This document shows positions 21,201-33,182 of a DNA stretch of 64,000 nt, piece after piece. How positions within the stretch are numbered: the first letter of the stretch is position 1; every line of letters begins with the position of its first letter. A program made the translations under genes and the position numbers. The notes below the pieces were generated by a model. The model ran no database searches. It saw only the letters and a program-made list of their open reading frames with translations, and had not been told where the DNA came from. Source of the DNA: Laetmonice hystrix (Eukaryota); NCBI GenBank assembly GCA_965235115.1, contig OZ249452.1, positions 7,998,001 to 8,062,000 of the forward strand. Reading direction: 5' to 3'.

Positions 21201-24200
21201 GGCCGTGAAGATAGCGACACTGCCTAAAACCACCACCTTTCACTCCCTCATCCTATGTATTGTTTGTATTTGGTAGCCTTGACGACTACAACGTACCCGA
21301 GATTACGCCGTCTGTGAGTCCATTCACACAGATCTACGACCAGGTGGAGGAGCAGGCGGCTAGGTCTGGTTTCTCTGGGCCCCTGGCAGAGGGAGGTGAC
21401 ATTGAGGGGGATGAGGTGAGTACAAGCAGGTGGACCGACAGGCGGCTAGGTCTGGTTTCTCTAGGCCCCTGGCAGAGGGGGGTGACATTGAGGGGGATGA
21501 GGTGAGTACAAACAGGTGGACCAACAGGCGGCTAGGTCTGGTTTCTCTGGGCCCCTGGCAGAGGGAGGTGACATTGAGGGGGATGAGGTGAGTACAAACA
21601 GGTGGACCAACAGGCGGCTAGGTCTGGTTTCTCTGGGCCCCTGGCAGAGGGAGGTGACATTGAGGGGGATGAGGTGAGTACAAACAGGTGGACCGACAGG
21701 CGGCTAGGTCTGGTTTCTCTGGGCCCCTGGCAGAGGGAGGTGACATTGAGGGGGATGAGGTCAGTACGAACAGGGTGTATTAAAATGATGGGGTGACCAA
21801 CTTCAGTTCCCTTTAGATTTGGCAAATTATTTGCGGCTGCCTTCAAATCATTACTCGTAAAGATGGTTAGAAAGTCAGCGAGGACTCGAAGTAGAAATAT
21901 CTGAATAATCTAATCTGATGCTAAGGTTACGGGCGAAAATGAGTTCTATACCGGAATAATAAATATTTGTGGAAATAATATATATATTTAGTTCCGACGG
22001 AATTTATGGGGAAAGTAGAAGTTCAAATAAAGTTGATAGATTCAATGTCCATTTCACTGCAGCAGTTAAGTAACAACATGAAAAATAATTGTTTAACTTG
22101 TATAAACGCCAATCTTGTATAGAAAATGTTGTGGACATACCCCTACCAAGTTCCTGTTTATTAACAAAGAGTCATATATACTGATATATTTACAGTCCAT
22201 ACGAACGCAAGTTGGGGGTAAAAGGACCAGCTTACCAAAATCGACGTACGATGAAATACCGGCGACATTTGTGGTAAGGGCCTTTTCAAATTAATCTACA
22301 ATACATTTCATGGGCCCTATTTTATGTACAGGGCGGATTATATTTTTTCTTTCCTTTTTCTTATTCTCCAAAAAAATGACCTTCGTATCCAATGGCCAAT
22401 TCGTAACTAAGGCAGAGGTTTGAATAAGGAAAGTCTCGCAACCTCTCGTGATACGCGTTATAACATGTGGTTTGTGTGGATACCTAGGACCCCCCACGGC
22501 GCACCAGCGATCTTCATGACTACGAAAACGTCACCGGGGAAGACCTGCAGAGGGAGTTTATAGACATTGCAGACAAAGTGGGTAGAATTATTTTATCACT
22601 TCTAGATAGTTGGTTAAAAACAATCAAAACAATCACAATCAAAACCTACCAACTTTTGATTCTTTTTAATTTGTATCATAGTTGGAGATTGTTGTGACTC
22701 AGTTCGGCTAGAATCTTTGGACGCCACTTTATAATCGTCTTTAAAGGGAATATCTCACGAATTCCAAGTCATACGTAGCGTTTCACACAAAAATATGTCT
22801 GCATTGGGGGTCTCCAATATGATCCAAAGCTCCCTTACCTTTCGATGTGAACTTTGCGGGTATTATGTAAAATACATTCAAAAAGTCGCCAAATATTAAT
22901 TCCGGTCACTGAAAATGACCTACTTAGCTTCCGAGACCTCGGTAGTTGTTTATTATATTCCTATGTACACTGCTATGCAAATTATTTGTACTAGCGAAAA
23001 TAGATTTCGAATCTACACCAAAAAACAACGTTCAAACGATTATTACTAGGGATAATTTTTACAGCTCTTCCTCAGAGGTGTTAGCAGAATCAATATGAAA
23101 AACATTCAGTGCCATAAAGTACGTCAGTGGTGAGGAAGTGAGCATTAATCTGAAAATTCCGGCCTATCCGCCGGGTGAGATGATCCCTTTAACATAGCAG
23201 CCAGACAAATGTGACCATTCGACGACAAATGGCATCCTGACTGAGATATCTTCACGGGGAAGCACCCTCTAGCTGACGTATGATTGACGTACTAGCGCCA
23301 ATAAGATCGTCGCAATCAGAGATCATATCGAGAGTGTCAATCTGTGGATATCTAGTGTAGTCATTCATCTCAAACATATCGTCATAGTGAAGGTGGGGTG
23401 TGATAATAGGACTATTGTCTATATCGAGGTGGAAGGTTACGGATTAGTTGTGAATGGCTGTCAGCAACGGTTGACCGTCTCTATGACAGGACTAAGGTAT
23501 TTTGTCCTATATTTCCCTACGTTCTTGTCAATGAAATGACAACAACTCAGCTAGGAAGTCAGTTTTCTGGGCGGTGGGGTGGGGTGCGAGGGGTCTTAAC
23601 GGAAGGGTTTCCTGTAATTCTGCCCTATGTCTTATGTTGTCCCCCAAAAAACATTATGTCCAGATAATTTCTCAAATATGTCATTTTGGCACAGATTTCC
23701 GAAGCGAGTGATCTTTCAATAGACCAAAATGCTTACAAGAGCCTCGATACAATCAGGCTCTGAAATTTAATGGTGTATGCTAGTTTTCTGAGATAATAAT
23801 GAAAAACACATTTTTCTCGCTAGGAGATGACTTCCGGTAGTTACATCGGGTCAGATAACGTTGATGCGACGCCACGACGTATAACGTCCGCAAGAGGGCG
23901 CCAAGCTCCAGTAAGAGACCTTTTGTCATCCACTGCTGTATTGAATATTTGCTTATATATTTATTTATTTTAATTGGGGGGGGGGGGGGGAAGGAGCGGC
24001 TCTAGAGTTGGGTTGGGTAACAATGGGGAGAGAAAAAGAGAAATTGTGTTTAGTTATAGACGATAGTTTTGTAAGAAAAATTCGCAACGCAACGAAAATA
24101 ACAATAAATTTGAAGAACACTGAAAGGGAAAATGCGCATCCTCTGTACTATATCGAGTATTAAAATAAAGTAGTCCTATGTTGACTATTATAAGGCGATA

Positions 24201-24386
24201 ACAAATATGAAATATTGCTATCCTCTAGAAATTTAAGGATACAAGTATATTTCTTGTGTTTTTCCAATATAGAGACATGGAAGTAGGCCTACATCGGATA
24301 GTGACATTTATGAGGATGTACAACCTGCAACTTCGATGTACCTCTCTACGGTTGTGGAGGACTATGACGACATTACCAACCTCTGA
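15244..24386 (+). CDS. Membrane mucin: signal peptide, Thr/Glu-rich repeats, SEA, EGF-like, TM, Tyr-motif-rich cytoplasmic tail (~1256 aa, 11 exons)
   Basis: Exons 15244-15277, 15681-18242, 18392-18507, 18908-18969, 19444-19664, 20007-20193, 20686-20853, 21277-21415, 22196-22273, 22488-22577, 24273-24386. All introns are GT-AG with matching phases, total 3771 nt. Kozak accaccATG, SEA-like FTDDLADSTSDAFKTLQKEV, Cys-rich EGF-like exon, TM WVIIGPVIAAIVLIIIIMAAVIISV. Confidence 0.8.
17048..18090 (+). repeat. Coding tandem repeat of the mucin (147-bp and 159-bp units)
   Basis: The ccagggga(t/c)aaagagac anchor occurs at 17207, 17354, 17501, 17648, 17807 and 17954 (spacings 147, 147, 147, 159, 147). 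Confidence 0.9.
20461..20678. repeat. 53-bp intronic minisatellite, ~4 copies
   Basis: The tttacgtcat(a/g)cgtcacac unit recurs at 53-bp spacing (acg at 20465, 20518, 20571, 20624). Confidence 0.9.
21353..21765. repeat. 86-bp tandem repeat, 5 copies, spanning an exon-intron junction
   Basis: caggcggctagg at 21353, 21439, 21525, 21611 and 21697. Confidence 0.95.
22745..23188. mobile_element. Kolobok-type MITE in the last mucin intron
   Basis: TTAA|AGGGAATATCTCAC ... GTGAGATGATCCCT|TTAA (2 mismatches in 14). Confidence 0.7.
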
Positions 24387-26068
24387 CGTCACCATCATTG
24401 AGACGTCACAACATAATGACGTCACCAGCATGACGTCAGATAGAAGGCGCATGGGGAAGGCTGTTTTTTTTCAGAATGGCAGAAGATTATATCGAGGACT
24501 ATTGCAATCTGTCAATTGGTGGACTCCTTTTAAAGAGGACGCCAATGACAAAAAATGTATACAACCTATTACAGTGTATTTTAACAATTATTTTGAACAA
24601 ATCACATGTCTATACGGTACGACCGTTAAAATATGTATAATATAATAAACAATTTACGAACTATTTCAAATCGCGTTGCAGTATTTCAGAAGCTAATATT
24701 GGTGTTAGATGATATGGTAGACATAAGAACTGAAACCAAAAAAATGCTAATTTTAGCATTGATGAAGTGCAAATTATAATTGAAGACATTTGTTTTAGAT
24801 AATCGACTTTTTATTATCATTTATGTCATCTCCTTTTTATCCAGCATGAACTGTTTTGTGTGTGGGGGTGTGGGGTGTGTGATGGTGTGTATGCTATATT
24901 ATGTGTGAATAAATATATTATAATTATAATAAAGATATTATATTTTTAATTTGGTCACGTGTAAAAGAACGCTATTTCCATGGTTCACGAAATTTCCACG
25001 ATATCTTAATTATTTGTTCCCCGGAACCTGAGAAAACCAAAAGTTACCAGAAATGTTGCGACAGTGTCTCAAGTCCCAGTGACGGCGGGCAATGCTACCA
25101 AGTGGCGCTGCCAGCTCTTGTCTGTTTTCGAAACTAAAGGGCTCCACGACAGATAGCCTGGTCTCCAGGTCTATATTGAATACGTATAGGCCCTGTATAT
25201 AGAGCCTGGTGAAGGCTAATCGAAGCGAGCATTGTGATTGGCCCATCGAAAACATGGACGCAAACGAGGTAGTTCCGTACCCTCCGTATTTCTCCAACAA
25301 GATACAGATATTTTCGTCAATCCCTTTAAAATGCAAGTGTTAAATGTCCTCGCTTTTCTGGATGTAAACATAGCGTCATCGGTCCCCACACCGCACACCT
25401 GCTACGGTCTGCATACGCATGGGCATGTAGGCCACTTCCGGCCACGCTCCAAGCAGAGGTCGGTCACTCTGTTAACACTGACCAACGGAACGGAAGTGGA
25501 AGTGCTTGGAGTTTAATCACTTCCGTTTCGCGGCTTTCTGACAGCCACCACCTGGCCTAACATAGCGGATGCGTCTGGTAGGCAGGGTACCAGGCTACAC
25601 TACAGCAACGCCTCCACAGATTGACAAACCCTTCAGACTTAGGCCTATTTCACTTAGGCAGCAGGGAGACATTTATTGAAGCAAAGACAGTACTTCTAGT
25701 TTGGAAATCAATGAAATCCTGAATTCATTGGTTGAAATGTCGCGCCATCTGGTGACTAATGGGGAAAATTGGACGCGGCTCCGAAGAGGCTGTGAATGCA
25801 ATGGAATATCAGTACGTTTGGCCCCGACATGTCTGTTGGAGCAGAGCTAGAGCACCCAGTATAAATCGACTAAGTCAACTTCCACGTTTCTGATAGCTAT
25901 ATCCGGTCCTAACCTAATATAGACCTGGTTTTGTACAATTCAGGTTTGAAATGTGGCCCAGATTGAAAGATAAGGGGCTTGACCACGATTATCTCTGACA
26001 TTTTGTCAGTTCACCGGAATCTTTAGTAACTTCTCTGAAAGTTCTTCCGTGAAACTTACACCTTTATA

Positions 26069-26921
26069 TCGGGTGGATAAAAAAAACGCTCCGAAGTTCA
26101 AACTTTAATATTTCAAAAACTATGCATTATAATTCAATAAAATGTCTCTTAATATCACTTCATGATATTATCTCTGGTATGTTAAAGTTTCAGCTCAATA
26201 GCTTTGACATTAATCGCGTGGCGCTAAAAACAAAAATCATTGTCTAAAAGCGTAATGCCGGAATTAGGTCAAATATCATGCCGCTGCCAGGTGTCCAAAT
26301 TGACACCTGTTTGATGCACCGCATTGTACGTTGGGTAAAAATATTTTCAATATTTAGTTTTTGCATGTTTTACAATATGTATAATGTTGTGAACCACTAG
26401 ATGTAATAAATTATGTGCTATTCCTAGTACTTCTAGAGAAACCCAGATGTTTAATTTGCCAAACCCTACAGAGAAACTTTAGCATTAGGACGATATGACT
26501 GTAACCGGAAGTTCAAGGGAAATCGTATCATTATCACGTTTAGCAACACGTTCAGAACGCTGCTTATTTCCCAATGTTGGGAAGATATTTCCCTATCAGA
26601 GATCAGGAAGTGCATTGGCGCATGGAAAAAGAGACCGAGAGCCGTAAGAAGTGAAAACGGGGGACCGATTGACCACCTACTCTAGTGTGAGGCCAGGGAC
26701 TCCGGTGCGAATACCACTCGCTTTAGCCCGGCATTGCGCTTTTGTACAATGATTTTTGTTTTTAGCGCTACGGAAATATTATCCAAGCTATCGAGTTGTA
26801 ACATTAACAACTAAGAGACAACATCATGAAGTGATAGTAAGAAAAATTTCATTGAATTACAATCATTACTTTTTGAAATATTGAAGTTTAAAGTTCGGGG
26901 CGTTTTTTTTTATCCACCCGA
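26069..26921. mobile_element. Non-autonomous Tc1/mariner element with ~200-bp imperfect TIRs and a transposase C-terminal remnant
   Basis: TA|TCGGGTGGATAAAAAAAAACG ... CGTTTTTTTTTATCCACCCGA|TA. Internal + strand peptide SQCWEDISLSEIRKCIGAWKKRPRAVRSENGGPIDHLL* at ~26569-26685. Confidence 0.8.
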
Positions 26922-27044
26922 TATATAGAATAATCCCAACATTTTAGTCTCATTTTGTCCACTAAATATGGAACATTAAAGAAAGAAAGAATGTTGTTTT
27001 CAGGATAGTGTTTGGTCGAATGTTTCCGAAGATTTCGCCGGGCC

Positions 27045-30000
27045 CTAGCGTCCGGAGGTCGTACTTTTGGCGAATCCTTGAGTTGCTTCGAAATATGACG
27101 GAGGGGGCGCGGTCTCCGTGTTTAAAGGGGTCGCGTGGGGGTCAGGGGCTCGCCAGTACGACTCGGCTGTACTGTAACCCGGCCGGAAGTCGGACATTGC
27201 GAACGGTTCACCGAGTCTGTCACCAGGGGGCGCGTACGGCGGCGGTTGGTCGCTTTCCGAAAGCGAGGCTGAAGGGTTTGGATTGGCTGGCGATGTTACC
27301 TCTGGAATGTACAGAAGATTACACGATATTTATTTCTACAAAAGAAGGCCTGAAACCTATGTAGGTAAAAGCTACTGATAATTGTAAAATGAATTAAATC
27401 TGTATTGTTTTCAAGAACTAACACGCCACCCGTGCTGAAATAGTCGACCCTTAACAAACGTCTAGATTTAGTCTGAGACATTAACAACGTAGACTTATTT
27501 TGTTATAATAATAAAGTTTTAAAGTGGCATGTTAAATTACACAAAAAGCTATATTTTATCATCGACAACACTATGATAAAATTCCATGTTTGAACGATGA
27601 ATGAAAGTATATCACTGGCCGTCCGGTTACCTTTCGGACCGACTTCTATCGTTCAAACATTACATTTTAACATGGTGTTGCTGAGGATAAAAGGTAACCT
27701 TTTGAGGAATTTAACATGCCGCTTTAATATCATTGTCTAGCCGTTCTTACGTGTTGATGGTGGCAACATGTGTCCTAGACCTTCAACGTTCAGCTCAGAT
27801 GGCGAAGGCCGATCATTGTCTGCAATAATACCATCTCGATTGTAATAGATTTTTTTTTAAATATTTTTATATTTTTCTACACAAAAGTAAATTCACATAC
27901 ATACAGGACTACCAGGACGATCCATATGTTTACAAAAGAAGACACATTTACGGGTACATATACGACAGCACACTTACTCTTACAATTTACGTATCAACAA
28001 AAAACATACATTTACAGGTACACACATACACATACACATGTATTTGACAGCACGCTCATTCCTTAACATTTATACAGTACATTTACATTTGTAATAAATG
28101 GTGATAATTTAACGGACAAGGTATAGCAGTTATTCTCAGCACCGTTTTAAGGCGAAGACGTGCACAATAATACTAACATTCATACATGCGGAAGGCGGGA
28201 AACATATCGCGTAGATATTCAAAATGAAAAGATATCATATTCATAACACTTGCCTTCTGTTGCGCGCTGAGCAGAGAGTCTTCGGAGGGATACGGCCGGG
28301 GCGGCCACCGCCGACTGTGTTCTGAGCCTGGTCTTTAGGACATGTTCTAAAGCACAAAAAGCGGAAGGCTAAACTTAATGCTTATTTTTACATATTTCTA
28401 ATTATGTATTCTAAAGAGATAATGGCTATACACACAGTTAGACGAAGAGGTAGATCTACTCTCCTTAGATTATTTTACAATATATTGGTTCTCTGTTTTA
28501 AAGTAATATTCTCGGGATATTTTGAACACTTTATCACGTTGTCCGCTTTGATTACAAGGTCTACGGCTACACCTTCTTGATGCGATCTCTGGACACTGAT
28601 TGCTAACATTCTGAATTCTTGACATTGTACGCAATCAGGTAGAAACATTAATCGTTTCAATCATTCAACGTAACATCGTTAGGTGGAAAAGCTGGTTCTA
28701 TGCCTCGTTCCTAATATAACATTCCGAATTCTTAGTACGTGAAACTTGTACGAACTGTAATAGATCCAGGTAAGGACTGTTGTTCCAACAGAAACTCCCA
28801 GAATAATCAGTGACCACGGTTGGATTGCATTTCCAACGCGTCTGTTCAAACATAAAAACAAAATTCAGCGCAATATAAGTGCAGTGCAACTAAAAGATGA
28901 TTAATAATACATCAACGAATAAGAAAGATAAAGAAAACGACTAGGGCCGTAAATCTTAATTAAGTCCATCGGTGAATTTTCTAAATTAGTCACCACGCCA
29001 CCGAAAATATCCATAACTTTTGCATCACACTATCATTTTAGAGGATTGAAACAATTCGAGATAAATTAATACTCGACCAGAGCCGCATAGCCAGGCTAAG
29101 CGGCCACTTCCGGTCTCTTTAAAAGAGAAACTCCGTGCCCCCGGACCTCCCTAAAATTTGCACCCCCCTTGATTTTACGGTACGGCCTGTATCTGTCTCT
29201 GTCTTGTTCTTTGTCTATCTATCTTTCTTTATCTGACTCTGTCTCTGTCTGTCTGTCCGTCTGTCTCTCTTTCTCTCATGTCCTGGTCGTCCTTACTTGG
29301 GCTGGCAGCAGAACTCGGCGTAGGAAGGTCCACAGCAGGCGGTGTAGGATGGCGGCTCGAACGCCATCGGGCAGACGAACACTCCCAACGTCATGTTCCC
29401 GTGATTCTCGTAGTTGACGCATGCGCCTTTGACTGCAACCGTTCACGTCATTATACATATTATCGCTCATGTGAGGAAAAANNNNNNNNNNNNNNNNNNN
29501 NNNNNNNNNNNNNNNNNNNNNNNNNNNNNNNNNNNNNNNNNNNNNNNNNNNNNNNNNNNNNNNNNNNNNNNNNNNNNNNNNNNNNNNNNNNNNNNNNNNN
29601 NNNNNNNNNNNNNNNNNNNNNNNNNNNNNNNNNNNNNNNNNNNNNNNNNNNNNNNNNNNNNNNNNNNNNNNNNNNNNNNNNNNNNNNNNNNNNNNNNNNN
29701 NNNNNNNNNNNNNNNNNNNNNNNNNNNNNNNNNNNNNNNNNNNNNNNNNNNNNNNNNNNNNNNNNNNNNAATATGTATTTANNNNNNNNNNNNNNNNNNN
29801 NNNNNNNNNNNNNNNNNNNNNNNNNNNNNNNNNNNNNNNNNNNNNNNNNNNNNNNNNNNNNNNNNNNNNNNNNNNNNNNNNNNNNNNNNNNNNNNNNNNN
29901 NNNNNNNNNNNNNNNNNNNNNNNNNNNNNNNNNNNNNNNNNNNNNNNNNNNNNNNNNATATACATGTATGTACTGGCAGGGCAGCTTACCTGATGGTGAG

Positions 30001-32349
30001 TACCGGTTGTAATAGATCGGAGACAGAGCATGGCGGTAGTACAGGGAGTAGTAGAAGCCATACACCATGCCGATATTTGGTGCCGTGTTCACCCTCCTGT
30101 AGCTTACGCCAGGATTGTAAGAACTGAAGAAAGATTGTAAAGATATATCGAGTGAGGACATTCATCGGAGAAAAATGTGAATATAGACTGTTGGTCCTGC
30201 TGTGATTATACAGGGAAATCTCAGAGACGTTCCTAGTTAATAACTTCATGTTCAGCTCTAAAAGAATGCAGGAACACCACTATAGTTAAAGGCTTGGGAT
30301 TCGTTAGTACCCGGTAACGTTGACCTCAGCTGACCCTGTTCCAGCTGGTTCAGGCCGGGCGGGGCTGCACTGAGCTAACCTTCACACTGGTACGGGGACG
30401 GCTTAAATAGTCGGGGCTGGTTTGGCTCAAGTCGGAGAACTGCCGTGACGTCACGGGTAAGAATATAGCCTACGGCCGTATCACTCCCACACGATAGCGT
30501 TACGAAAACGGAAGTCCTTCCACCGGACTATTCGGCAGCCTGCTGATATGTGCCGCCGGTCTTTAACAGATTCGGGGTGTTTGAACCGCCACCTATGGGC
30601 GAGCGATGGTACTTTAGGCCATAAAAGCCCCCACCGACTGAGATGTCAACGCGTGGCATTGTCACTGTGCGTGAATAGGATTGAGGATTTTTCTGTCGAT
30701 TCCCAAAAGTACTGTGAATCACGCTTTAAAATATTGCGATTAAAATCTGCATGGTGAACACTGGTTGCTATTAAAGGTCCCTATGGGCAGTGCAGGTCTA
30801 GGCAAGATATAAATATAGCATGTTGGTGACCTACATGTATGACGCAGAACGGGCCCTCGAGTGTGACAGCTTTGGTGAATATGACGGCGGTCGGTAGGTG
30901 TTGCCTTGGTACGTCCTTCCGTTAGGTGACTTACTGTAGGAGGCGCCTCGTGACCCCGAGGACCTGCTAGCTGACGACCTGCCAGAAGATCTGCCACCGC
31001 TGCGCCCCCTATCGTGGAGAAAGGAGACGTCACTAGATGGCGTACACGTATGAGCGAGGCCTACGGCTGTGTCGTAGTAGGGATTGTCATTACACAATAC
31101 GCATATTATCGCTCATGCGCGTGAGACTGCCAAGGCGTATATATACACTGGGGGATCCAGGGGGGCCCAAGGGGCCCGCCCCCTTAAATGTTCCTCCCTC
31201 CCTTTTTTAAGAAGATATGCATTATTCGGACCCTGAAACCAGGATTCCAACAAAATTCTCAACCTCCTATATTGTACGTGATAGTAACATCGGGCCCAAA
31301 AGGGCCTTCTCAGTCATCCAGGAGCAACATCACTGTCGGCCATGCAGCATTGAAATCGACCAAAGGGGAGCCCAAAATGGCCATAACCACAATAAAATCA
31401 TGCATGCAAATAATTTGTTTGTTACAAAATTGCTTTGAAAGTTGCTCTGGTTAAGAAACCTCCCTAAATTTGTCATCTCATTAAAGAGTACACGAAGAAC
31501 TTTGAAGACCAATAAAAATCTAGGTCAGAATCAGTATAGTTAATGTTGCAAGGGACCAGGCAAGGATCTGTCAACCTCAATTGAAATGTAAAACCGATAA
31601 CGTACCCACCGCCACGACCCCTGGCGTCGCCAGAATCTGAAAGAAGAATTAAAGAATTATTGCATAAACGCAGTTAGTTTAGTCCCAAAATTGTTGTTAA
31701 TTAAGCACTATATAGGCCTACATGTAATTAGATAATCTGCTATTTCGCCGTCAGACATCATACAATATAAGAATCTAGGATTGCAGTCACATGATCCATC
31801 CATACTCCAGCAGAATAACCACTGCCTTATAAAAACACATTGCGGCACCTGGGAAATCCTTGATCTCCCCAGAGTCGATAGTTGACCTTTTGGTGACTGG
31901 CCCACCCAGTGCAGGAGCATAGATGTCGGCTAGTTTCTGTTATATTCTGTGTGACCAGAAGAACGCTAGCGCCACTGCGCATGGGCATCAGGCGTAACTC
32001 AGTTCGCTTTCTTCCGAGAAGAAGTGACTGAAGTCAGGGAATAGCCGTGACGTCACGCGCAAGAAAAATATATAGCCTATTATCGCTCGGATGCAGCTAA
32101 ATCAACGGTATTTTGTAAGATTAGGCCTATAACCAAACAAGACTCTAGAGGTTATTTTTACTCTGTATTTTTTATACAGGTGCATGCTTGTCCGTTAGCG
32201 TCATGAACATGTCCAACTGAAGAAAGATAAAAGTTAATATTGAAAATATAGTCGATAGTCTTACCGAGGATCAACAGAATACCAATAACTAGAAAGATAA
32301 TCCGAAGGTTTTGTCCCAACAGACCCTCTCCAGTCAGTCGGGCTGCCAT
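27045..32349 (-). CDS. Shisa-like / STMC6-family single-pass membrane adaptor with PY motifs
   Basis: Phase-consistent exons 31008-30835, 30123-29990, 29432-29297 (CVNY...FVCP...CCGPSYAEFCC), 28841-28756 (TM), 28346-28254, 27301-27045 (PPPY, PPSY, stop). A probable signal-peptide exon is 32349-32265; its link to the next exon is uncertain. Confidence 0.78.
27523..27723. mobile_element. Kolobok-type MITE in a Shisa-like intron
   Basis: TTAA|AGTGGCATGTTAAATT ... AATTTAACATGCCGCT|TTAA. Confidence 0.75.
29482..29957. other. Assembly gap (N run with a 12-bp island at 29770-29781), intronic
   Basis: Ns in the sequence. The flanking Shisa-like exons join in phase across it. Confidence 0.95.
30472..30555. 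repeat. Short dispersed repeat, second copy at ~54610-54692
   Basis: cggccgtatcactcccaca...acgaaaacggaagtccttccacc..actattcggcagcc is present at both loci. Confidence 0.8.
31147..31385. mobile_element. Partial copy (inverted) of the CAGTGGGGGATCC MITE at 44558-44892
   Basis: actgggggatccagggggcccaagggg...cattattcggaccctgaaacc...cagtcatccaggagcaacat is the reverse complement of 44700-44892. Confidence 0.75.
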
Positions 32350-33182
32350 GTCTTCTCTTTCCACCCCGGTTGTGGCCTAGCAGTGAAGAATTCCTGGCCG
32401 GTTTATAATAATATTTCCGTATTTCCTGTGCGCCTAGCTACACGACTGGTGTCCAAATTTAGACTGTGGCAAATGAGAGCGTCATCCACAGTGGCAAAAC
32501 TAGGTCATCATTCAAACAACAGAAACAACCCGTGAACGCTACTTAAGTGACTGCCAAGGCAAAGCTTTAAACTCTTCACAGTATAGGCCTACAAGGATTA
32601 CCGTATGTGGTGATAAGCCTATACTTGGCACGCCCCTTGTGGTGATCAAATGTTCGTGCCAGTTGTTCACCCCGTAATCTTTTTAATAATACTACAAGAA
32701 CTATAAAGGCCCGGGCGTGTCCTGAGGTTGTGTCCAATGCGTCCTCAGCGACGAATAACGCACTGATGTTTCAGCCAGAACAACACTTTTCAAACTGTTT
32801 GAGACATGGTCGGTGCATGAGGGAATGGAGCAAAGTCATATGTGCCACGCAGAATATTCTGCATTCTGACACTGAGAGGTATAGCGATGTATAGTAGCCG
32901 TGAGTTGGCCTACAGTAGGCCTACAGTGTCACCTGGAAAACTGACGAACATGGCGAAGTCGTTCGTTCGAACTGTCCTCGAAAGGTGGCGCTGTAATGGC
33001 CGGATGCGGCGCTATGAATTCTCCTTTCAGTTGGAAACATTTGTTGTTGATCAAATAATGAACACGAGCTCAGGTATAAGTTTTTGTTAAACTAAATTTT
33101 TATTTCGACGTGTATCATGCCATTGGTCAGAATCAGATTGAAGGCAATATTGCTAAATCCATGAAGAGCAGAGAGGGCTGCG

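Noticed and set aside
21353-21765. CRISPR-like array
   Set aside because: Whole 86-bp units are repeated, with no variable spacers and no cas genes.
25010-25516. 108-aa and 92-aa ORFs between the mucin and Shisa-like genes
   Set aside because: No recognisable motif, non-ATG starts and no convincing splice context. Possibly an old repeat.
29770-29781. 12-bp island between N runs
   Set aside because: Most likely a scaffolding or masking artefact, with no biological inference possible.
29276-30161. Long ORFs of 233-261 aa spanning N runs (also 35196-35603)
   Set aside because: Length is produced by Ns. The real coding parts are small exons already assigned.
30410-30600. tRNA or tRNA-derived SINE head (A-box-like TGGCTCAAGTCGG)
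   Set aside because: No cloverleaf and no convincing B-box at the right distance.
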